DNA of 64,000 nucleotides. It comes from an uncultured Acidobacteriota bacterium (GTDB taxonomy: Bacteria; Acidobacteriota; Thermoanaerobaculia; UBA5066; Gp7-AA6). The translations under genes were made by a program, and so were the position numbers. Below the pieces are notes generated by a model, which saw only the letters and a program-made list of their open reading frames with translations, was not told the origin of the DNA and did not search any database. The stretch covers positions 64,001 through 128,000 of the forward strand of contig CAVXTP010000012.1 in NCBI GenBank assembly GCA_963764715.1, written 5' to 3'. Positions 55,617-64,000 of the stretch are shown here, in pieces (within the stretch, counting starts at the first letter, position 1; each line of letters opens with the position of its first letter).

Positions 55617-57230
55617 GTGCTCTACCTGGTGGCCGGCCTGGGGCTGGTCTTCGGGCTCATTGGCTGGCAGCACACCCGCCTCCATCGCCGGGACCTCGAG
55701 GAGCGGACGTTCGCCGCCGCCGACCGGATCAGCGAGACGATCAAGCGCAGCGCCCGCTACAGCATGCTGAACAACCACCGCGACGAGGTCTACCACATCA
55801 TCACGACGATCGGCGCCCAGCCCGGCATCGGGCGCATCCGGATCTACAACGAGCAGGGGCGGATCAGCTTCTCGACCGACGAGCACGAGGTGGGCACCTT
55901 CGTGGACAAGAGAGTCGAGGCCTGCGTTTCCTGCCATGCCCAGGAGCAGCCGCTGACGCGCCTGAACCGGCCCGACCGCCTGAGGATCTTCCGCAACGAG
56001 AAAGGGGAGCGGCTGGCCGGCTTGATCAACCCGATCGAGAACGAACCGAGCTGCTGGAAGGCGGCGTGCCACGCGCATCCCGCCGACCAGCAGGTCCTCG
56101 GCGTCCTCGACGTCACGGTTCCCCTGGCCAGCCTCGACGAGACGATCGTACGCGGCGCACGGCGCATGGTGGGCAACACGGCCATCGGCATCGGCGTCGT
56201 CTCGCTTCTGGCGGGCGTCCTCACATGGCTCGTGGTGCAGAAGCCGGTGACCCGCCTCGTCCGCGGCACTCGCCGGGTGGCCCAGGGCGACCTCGACGCG
56301 AAGATCCCGGTCGATTCGCGCGATGAGCTGGGACTGCTGGCCCGCTCGTTCAACCTGATGACGGAAGACCTGCGCCACGCCCGCGACGAGCTCAACGGCT
56401 GGACGCAGACCCTGGAGAGCCGCGTCGAGGAGAAGACCGCCGAGCTGAAGAGCGTGCACCAGCAGATGCTGCAGGTCGAGAGGATGACCTCCATCGGAAA
56501 GCTGGCGGCGATCGTGGCCCACGAAATCAACAACCCGCTGGCGGGGATCCACACCTATGCCCGCCTGTTGATGAAGCAGGCGGACCGCGGCGACCTGAGT
56601 CTGGACCAGGCGCGGGAGAACCTCGCGGTCATCGCGTCGGAGTCCGCCCGCTGCGGCGAGATCGTCAAGGGGCTGCTGCAGTTCGCCAGCCCCAACGCTC
56701 AGACCGAGATGACGCCCAATGACATCAATGAGACGGTGCGACAGTCCCTCCGGCTGGTCGACCACAAGATGGCCTTGATGGCGCTGCGGACGCGGGTCGA
56801 CCTCGCTCCCGACCTCCCGGCCGTCGCCTGCAACAAGCAACAGGTGATCCAGGCGCTCGTCGCCCTGCTGATCAACGCGTGCGAGGCGATGACGCCCAAT
56901 GAGGGGGAGCTCGAGGTGACGACCCGGGCGGTGACCGGCACCGGCGGCCGCGCCGGCGTGCAGATCCGCGTGCGCGACAACGGCTCCGGGATGGACGCCG
57001 AGACGCGGACCCGCATCTTCGAGCCGTTCTTCACGACGAAGCGCGGCGAGAAGAGTCTCGGAGTTGGTCTGGCGGTGGTGATGAGCATCCTGACCCGGCA
57101 CCTGGGCGAGATCGAGGTCGACTCCGCTCCGGGAGCGGGGACGACATTCACGCTGCGGTTCTTCGAGCGGCCCGGAGGGGACGCGGGTGTCCCGTTCGAG
57201 CCGGCGGCCGCGGCGCCGGAACGGACATAG
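55617..57230 (+). CDS. HAMP sensor histidine kinase with heme-c motifs; true start probably further upstream
   Basis: CVSCH and CWKAACH in the periplasmic domain; AHEINNPL, DNGSG, FEPFFTTK; frame open to about 55443. Confidence 0.9.
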   Translation: MLYLVAGLGLVFGLIGWQHTRLHRRDLEERTFAAADRISETIKRSARYSMLNNHRDEVYHIITTIGAQPGIGRIRIYNEQGRISFSTDEHEVGTFVDKRVEACVSCHAQEQPLTRLNRPDRLRIFRNEKGERLAGLINPIENEPSCWKAACHAHPADQQVLGVLDVTVPLASLDETIVRGARRMVGNTAIGIGVVSLLAGVLTWLVVQKPVTRLVRGTRRVAQGDLDAKIPVDSRDELGLLARSFNLMTEDLRHARDELNGWTQTLESRVEEKTAELKSVHQQMLQVERMTSIGKLAAIVAHEINNPLAGIHTYARLLMKQADRGDLSLDQARENLAVIASESARCGEIVKGLLQFASPNAQTEMTPNDINETVRQSLRLVDHKMALMALRTRVDLAPDLPAVACNKQQVIQALVALLINACEAMTPNEGELEVTTRAVTGTGGRAGVQIRVRDNGSGMDAETRTRIFEPFFTTKRGEKSLGVGLAVVMSILTRHLGEIEVDSAPGAGTTFTLRFFERPGGDAGVPFEPAAAAPERT

Positions 57231-57239
57231 GAGGAAGCG

Positions 57240-58607
<1,368 letters not shown>

Positions 58608-58626
58608 GCGAATCGAGGTCCCGCGC

Positions 58627-59151
58627 ATGCCGAACATCCAGCTCGTCGCCGTCGGAAGGGTGGAGCCGGCGATCCTCGACTACCTCGCGCTGGTTCTTCC
58701 CGAGAGCGCCGGCGGCCGGGCCACTCTCTCCCGCCAGGCGATCGACCCTCGCGAGGCGTTCGATCCGGCCCGCCAGCAGTTCCACTCCACGTGGATCCTG
58801 ACTCGTCTGGCCGGCCTGGCCAGGAACCACGGCGAGCGAGTCGTCGGCGTGGCCGACGTCGATCTTTTCATCCCGATCTTCACTTTCGTCTTCGGCGAGG
58901 CGCAGCTCGGGGGGGCGGCGGCCCTCTTCTCCGCCACCCGCCTCCGGCAGGAGTTCTACGGCCTCCCGGCCGACGAGGTCCTCTTCTACGAACGCTGCGA
59001 GAAGGAGGCCCTGCACGAGCTGGGACATACGCTCGGGCTCGTCCACTGTCCCATCCACTCCTGCGTGATGCACTTCGCCAACTCGATCGAGGAGGTCGAC
59101 CTGAGGAGCGCCGTCTGGTGCCCGGAGTGCGACGCGAAGCGGTCGCTCTAA
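58627..59151 (+). CDS. Archaemetzincin family Zn metalloprotease
   Basis: [18 protein letters not shown]....CVM...S..EVD....WC..C. Confidence 0.92.
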   Translation: MPNIQLVAVGRVEPAILDYLALVLPESAGGRATLSRQAIDPREAFDPARQQFHSTWILTRLAGLARNHGERVVGVADVDLFIPIFTFVFGEAQLGGAAALFSATRLRQEFYGLPADEVLFYERCEKEALHELGHTLGLVHCPIHSCVMHFANSIEEVDLRSAVWCPECDAKRSL

Positions 59152-59265
59152 AGGTCTGCCTGGAGGCGGTATCGGGCAAATGAAACTTGCCGTGGAAAAC
59201 CTCAGGCCGGTTTTGGGAATCCGCCTTGAACTCGGATTTGAACTCGCGGCGCTGGTCGGCATGAA

Positions 59266-59284
59266 GCCCGGCAGGACGCCGGGC
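59266..59284 (-). terminator. Hairpin downstream of tRNA
   Basis: GCCCGGC-AGGAC-GCCGGGC; weak U tail. Confidence 0.35.
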
Positions 59285-59311
59285 CTAACTCTCTGGGACT
59301 TCAGGAATTGT

Positions 59312-59386
59312 TGGAGCGGGAAACGGGGATCGAACCCGCGACTTCCACCTTGGCAAGGTGGCGCTCTACCGCTGAGCTATTCCCGC
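59312..59386 (-). tRNA. tRNA-Gly(GCC)
   Basis: GCGGGAATAGCTCAGCGGTAGAGCGCCACCTTGCCAAGGTGGAAGTCGCGGGTTCGATCCCCGTTTCCCGCTCCA; full cloverleaf with encoded CCA. Confidence 0.97.
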
Positions 59387-59453
59387 TCGGGGAGGCGAAG
59401 GATAGCCGACCCCCGGGCCGTGGGTCAAGAAAGCGGAAAGGGCGGGCCGGAGG

Positions 59454-60173
59454 CTATTCGAGGTCTCCGGGAGCGGCGTGAAGGTCGCCCGCGGTTCCGC
59501 CGCAGTGGGCGCAGACCCGAAGGCTCGCGCCCCCGAATTTCTTCTCCTCGGCGCACTCCTCGCAGAGCGGCCGGCCGGTATCGGCGCACTGAAAGTGGGC
59601 GACGCGGTCCGTGTGCGCGGGGCAGACCGGCGGGGGCGTGATGCGGGCGGTTCTGCGGAGCTCGAACAGGGACTTGAGCTCCGGGATCGAGTCCGCGCGG
59701 GCGGCGACGTCGGTTCCGACGGCCACGAGGTCGCCCTCGTTGATCGCGGCCGTCCGGATCAGCGTGCGCATCGCGCGGCGGTCGAACTCGTCGTGCTCGA
59801 AGCCTTTCTTCTGGACGCGATAGGTCTTCCCCGACTCCGTGCCCGTCCCGTCCATCGGGTCGGCCGGCGGCGTCCGGGGCCTCGCGGGAGGCGCCGGAGC
59901 GGAAGCGCTGGCGACGGGCGGCGCGGGCGCGGCGGCCGGCGGACGAGTCGGGGGCGGAGGGGGCGGGGCCGCGCCGGACCCTCCCCCGTCGGCCTGGAGA
60001 CGGATGTAGACCCGGGCCTCGTCGCGCGACGGAAAATCCATCGCCTTCGCGCACTTCGGGCAACTGAACCGGGCCTGGACGGGAGGGATCTTGGCGAGGC
60101 TGATCGAGAAGCTGCCCGAGCAGCTGGGACACGAGAAGGTGTAGCGAAGATCCTCGTCGTTGACGGCGCTCAT
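59454..60173 (-). CDS. Zinc-ribbon / B-box-like protein
   Basis: CPSC..CPKC, Pro-rich linker, CPAH..C..CEEC..CAHC. Confidence 0.75.
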   Translation of the reverse strand: MSAVNDEDLRYTFSCPSCSGSFSISLAKIPPVQARFSCPKCAKAMDFPSRDEARVYIRLQADGGGSGAAPPPPPPTRPPAAAPAPPVASASAPAPPARPRTPPADPMDGTGTESGKTYRVQKKGFEHDEFDRRAMRTLIRTAAINEGDLVAVGTDVAARADSIPELKSLFELRRTARITPPPVCPAHTDRVAHFQCADTGRPLCEECAEEKKFGGASLRVCAHCGGTAGDLHAAPGDLE

Positions 60174-60208
60174 TGAGGGCGGATGGATTTTAGCACGCGC
60201 GAACGCGT

Positions 60209-60658
60209 TCACGGCCGGCCACGACGCGCCTCGGGCATCGGGAACGCGTCCGGGAAGATCGTGACTTCGGGGCGCCCGCCCGCGTCGAGGACCGCGACGA
60301 CGTCGAAACGACAGCGCGTCGAGGGCCCCAGGCGGCGCCGGCGGAGGTACTCCTGCGCCGCGCGAGCGATGCGCCGCTGCTTGGCTTTCGTCACGGCCTC
60401 GGCCGGCGGACCGAACCCGGTCCCGCGCCGGCCCTTGACCTCGACGAAGCAGAGCACGCCGCCGTGCGTCGCGACGATGTCGATCTCGCCCGTGCGGCCG
60501 CGGTAGTTGCGCTCGCGAACGACGTACCCGGCGGCCTCGAGACGCCGGGCGGCGAGCTCCTCCCAGCGTTGCCCGGCTCCGCGGGTGCCGCGGTATCGAG
60601 GGGGGCGGCCGCGCATGACCGCCGCGAGCAGATGATCGAGCAGCCGCCGGGGAGTCAC
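60209..60658 (-). CDS. yraN: YraN family endonuclease-like protein
   Basis: GQRWEELAA, RNYR...GEIDIV, FVEVK.R, CRFDVV; start may be 60617. Confidence 0.9.
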   Translation of the reverse strand: MTPRRLLDHLLAAVMRGRPPRYRGTRGAGQRWEELAARRLEAAGYVVRERNYRGRTGEIDIVATHGGVLCFVEVKGRRGTGFGPPAEAVTKAKQRRIARAAQEYLRRRRLGPSTRCRFDVVAVLDAGGRPEVTIFPDAFPMPEARRGRP

Positions 60659-60691
60659 GACGGGACCCCGGCGCTCGGTGAACCCGCCCCG

Positions 60692-60961
60692 CTACTCCCG
60701 GACCCGAGAGCGGAGCGGAAACCTCTCCGGGTGCTCGATCGACTCGACCGACAGGTCGACGTCCAGATCGGGCCAGCGCAGGTGGTCCTCGCTCGGCCTC
60801 TCGACGTGGACGATCGCCGCGACCGACGCATCCGAGAACCAGGGAAACTCCGCGAACGGCACGAAAAGCTCGCGGCCATCGAGCAGAATCCAGAATCCCT
60901 GCGGGGAGATGTTCTGGACTTCAACCCGTGAAGTGGCGGCGCCAAGCTTGTCGAACCTCAT
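60692..60961 (-). CDS. DUF2442 family protein
   Basis: VEVQNISPQGFW...FPWF...HLRWPDLDVDL...HPERFPL. Confidence 0.88.
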   Translation of the reverse strand: MRFDKLGAATSRVEVQNISPQGFWILLDGRELFVPFAEFPWFSDASVAAIVHVERPSEDHLRWPDLDVDLSVESIEHPERFPLRSRVRE

Positions 60962-61160
60962 CCTGACGCTCCTCGAGAATACGGACGATTCTAGCAACCT
61001 CCCTCTCCGTGAAACCGAAGTTGGCGGCGAGCTCGATTGCGGGCTCCATCCAGAACTTCGCTTCTCCCTCGGGAGACCGCACGTGCACATGCATCCTGGC
61101 CTCCTCTCGGGAGAAGAAGAAGACTCGTATCGCGCCCTCCCAGAAGACCGTAGGGCTCAG
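60921..61160 (-). CDS. DUF4160 family protein, CTG start (absent from the ORF track)
   Basis: Hand translation (L/M)SPTVFWEGAIRVFFFSREEARMHVHV...AKFWMEP...AWRRHFTG*; AGGAGG 6 nt upstream. Confidence 0.85.
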   Translation of the reverse strand: MSPTVFWEGAIRVFFFSREEARMHVHVRSPEGEAKFWMEPAIELAANFGFTEREVARIVRILEERQDEVRQAWRRHFTG

Positions 61161-61223
61161 GGGCGCCCTCCTACCTCCTTATTGTCGCGAGACGGGTCGG
61201 CCGACGGGATTTCGGGGAGTGCC

Positions 61224-63236
61224 CTACCCCATCGCGCGCCGCGCGAGCTCCAGCACGTCGAAGGGCTGGGTCGACACGGCGAGCTCGTCCTTGGCGTTGC
61301 CGATCATGACCATGCAGAAGGGGCAGGAGACGCCGACCGAGGAGGCCCCCGAGTCCGCGATCTCCCGCATCCGCTCCTGGTTGATGCGCGAGCCGAGCTT
61401 TTCCTCCATCCACATCCGGCCGCCGCCGGCGCCGCAGCAGAGGCCCTTCTCGCGCGAGCGCTCGAGCTCCTTCAGCTCGAGCCCGGGGATCGCGCGGAGG
61501 ATCTCGCGCGGGGCCTCGTAGGCGCCGTTGTAGCGGCCGAGGTAGCAGGGGTCGTGGAACGTGACCGTCTCCGGGATCGCGGTCCCGAGCTTGACGCGGC
61601 CGGCCCGGATCAGGTCCGACACGAGCTGGGAGCCGTGGACGACCTCGTAGTGGCCGCCGAAGTCCCCGTACTCGTTCTTCAGGCAGTTCATGCAGTGGGG
61701 GCAGTTGGTGACGACCTTGCGGACCTTGTAGTTGTTGAGCGTCTCGACGTTCTGCTGGGCGAGCATCTGGAAGAGGTACTCGTTGCCCATACGCCGCGCC
61801 GAGTCGCCGGTGCAGGTCTCCTCGTTGCCGAGGATCGCGAAGGACACGCCGGCGGCGTCCAGGATCTCCACGAGCGCCTTCGACACCCGCTTCGCGCGGT
61901 CCTCGTAGGAGCCCGCGCAGCCGACCCAGAAGAGGACCTCGATCTCGCGCTCCCCGAGCTCCGCCATGCGTCGTGACCGGCAGGCCCTTCGCCCAGTCGG
62001 CGCGGGTCGCCGCGGAGATGTTCCAGGGATTGCCGTTGGTCTCCATGCCGCGGAAGGCCGTCTGGATCTCCTTCGGGAACTCGGCCTTGTCGAGGACGAG
62101 GTGGCGGCGCATCTCGGTGATCTTGTCGACGGCCGGGATGATGAAGACGGGGCAGGCCGTCGTGCAGAAGCCGCACATCGTGCAGGCCCAGATGGTGTCC
62201 TCGGAGATCCAGTCCCCGATCAGCTCGCGGCGCGCAAGGCCCCCCTCGCCCCGCCCCGACGACTCGGCGAGGATCGCCGGCGTCGCCTCGTAGACGGCGT
62301 CGCGCACCCGGCCGATGAAGATCTTGGGGTCGAGCGGTTTGCCCGTCAGGGCCGTCGGGCAGACGACGCGGCAGCGGCCGCACTCGGTGCACGTGTACCC
62401 GTCGAGCATCTGCTTCCACGTCAGGTCCTCGACGCGCGAGGCGCCGAAGCGCTCGGAATTCTCGAGGTCGACCGTCGCGAGCCGTCCCATCGGCTCGAGG
62501 TTCATGAAGAAGATGTTCGGGATCGCTGCGAGGATGTGGAAGTGCTTCGAGTACGGCAGGTAGTTGCCGAAGAAGAGCAGGTCGACGAGGTGGGTCCACC
62601 AGCACCATTCGTAGATCCCCTGGAGCGTCGCCGGGGCGGCGCCGGCGAGCGCCCCAGCGATCGCGGCCACCACCGGCGCCCACGGCGTCGCGTGGCCCGG
62701 AGCGAGAGCCGTGCGCGCGCCCTCCGCCACGAGATCGGTGACCATCAGGAAACCGATCAGGAACAGGATCAGCCAGGCGTCCCAGGTCAGGTCGAGGCGC
62801 TTCGGCCGCGCGAAGGCCCGCCGGAAGACGGCGAGCAGCACGCCGGCGAGCGTCAGCACCTCGAAGACGTCTTTGACGAGCGTGTAGGCGTTGCCCGCCG
62901 CGCCCGGGAGGAGCACGAACCCGGGGATCAGTCCCTCGACGACGAGGGCGAGCGAGCGGACGGTCAGGACGACGAAGCCCCCGAAGATGAGGATGTGGAA
63001 GAACCCCGCGTACGGGTCGCGGAACATCCGCCGCTGCGCGAAGGCGTATTCGAGGGTCTTCCCGATCCGCTCCGGGATGCGCGTGAACCGGTTGTCGGGC
63101 CGGCCCGCCATGAGCACCCGGATCCGCTTCGAGACACCGAGTAGACGAAGAACGCGATCGCCGCGAGGACGAGAAGACCGAAAACCGTTCGGCCCGGAAG
63201 GCCGAGGACCAGCCGTTCGGTCGGGAGCGGCGGCAT
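61224..63236 (-). CDS. Membrane Fe-S oxidoreductase (FadF/HdrD-like, CCG domains), frameshifts near 63135 and 61968
   Basis: TM region, YSKHFH, CTECGRC...CP, WACTMCGFC...CP, GNPW, WVGC, FHDPC, CCGAGG across three frames. Confidence 0.88.
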
Positions 63237-63348
63237 GCGGCCGCGAGTTTAACCCGAGCGCCGGGCGACCCGCTCGAGGCGTCCAGCCTCCCCGATGACC
63301 TTCCCGAAGCTCGGCGCGCCGCCGAGTGCTACCCTCCTCCGACCACAC

Positions 63349-64000
63349 ATGGCGCGTCACCGTCGCCCGCAGCTCCGGCCATGGTTCGCAACGTTCGCGG
63401 CGTTTGCCCTATTCGGAGCCGGCGCGCTCCGCGTTCTCGGCCGCCTGTCGGAGACGAGCCTCGAGTCGGACTCGGATCGAAACGCCAGTCGCTGGCCGGG
63501 GACCCAGGCCGAGGTGTCGATCGCGGCCGATCCCGCCAACCCGTCCGTGGTCCTCGCAGCGGCCATGAACCTGTCCGACGGCCGTCTCCTCGCCATGTCC
63601 TCCCGGGACGCCGGCGAGACGTGGACGCGCGTTCCCGTTCCCCTCGGCGAAGGGTCGAGCCTCGACAACGACCCCATGGTGGCCTTCGACAGCCGCGGCG
63701 CGGCCTATCTTGCGCGGATACCCGCCGGGCCCGGCGGGACGGGTGTCGACATCGTGCGCTCTCCCGACGGCGGCCAAACCTGGCAGCCTGCGGTCCGCAT
63801 CGCGGAGCTCGCCCAGAACGACAAGGTCGCGCTCGCCGTGGACGACGACCCGGACAGCCCGTATCGCGACCGCGTCTACGTCGCCTGGAAGTTTCCTCGG
63901 GGCGGCGTCTTCATCTCGCGCTCGCTCGACTCGGGGCAGACATTCACGCCGCCCCGGCTCGTCGAGCAGGCCGTCGTGACCGGACTCGACCTCGCGGTCT
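63349..64000 (+). CDS. Sialidase/BNR-repeat secreted protein, partial
   Basis: Hand translation: EVSIAADPANP, SRDAGETW, DPMVAFD, SPDGGQTW, SLDSGQTF Asp-boxes. Confidence 0.8.
   Translation, partial: MARHRRPQLRPWFATFAAFALFGAGALRVLGRLSETSLESDSDRNASRWPGTQAEVSIAADPANPSVVLAAAMNLSDGRLLAMSSRDAGETWTRVPVPLGEGSSLDNDPMVAFDSRGAAYLARIPAGPGGTGVDIVRSPDGGQTWQPAVRIAELAQNDKVALAVDDDPDSPYRDRVYVAWKFPRGGVFISRSLDSGQTFTPPRLVEQAVVTGLDLAV

Noticed and set aside
59180-59641. 153-aa plus-strand ORF
   Set aside because: Overlaps the tRNA antisense; shadow ORF.

Overview
GC-rich bacterial DNA, most likely Acidobacteriota (Thermoanaerobaculia-like), inferred from the PadR + duplicated orphan permease pair and six Cys-rich S-layer-homology (SLH) proteins. 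About 55 genes and one tRNA-Gly(GCC) are supported. Zone 1 (1-16.5 kb) is dense in GTAG-tagged REP hairpins. They delimit most genes in 1-7.3 kb, supply stop codons, form tandem arrays and insert 86 codons in frame inside a TM0106 nuclease. Zone 2 (28.8-39.4 kb) carries a second, unrelated GGGGTCAGCCCTGCA repeat family, and inverted copies of it bracket one flavo-oxidase gene. Zone 3 (46.2-59.4 kb) is an integrase-less island bounded by tRNA-Gly and a degenerate copy of its 3' half. This island holds the best candidate for an uncharacterised system: a sigma54 operon with two glycine-cleavage-H-like proteins lacking the lipoyl lysine, a Tat-less 4Fe-4S protein, an NrfD/HybB protein fused to a triheme cytochrome c7 domain, a heme-c sensor kinase, an NtrC-type activator and an archaemetzincin. 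It is divergent from a fused 2-oxoacid:ferredoxin oxidoreductase and has no hydrogenase or molybdo-enzyme subunit. Both DUF4160-DUF2442 modules appear to start their DUF4160 gene at CTG. Several single frameshifts probably reflect assembly indels. All calls come from reading the sequence; no database searches were run.
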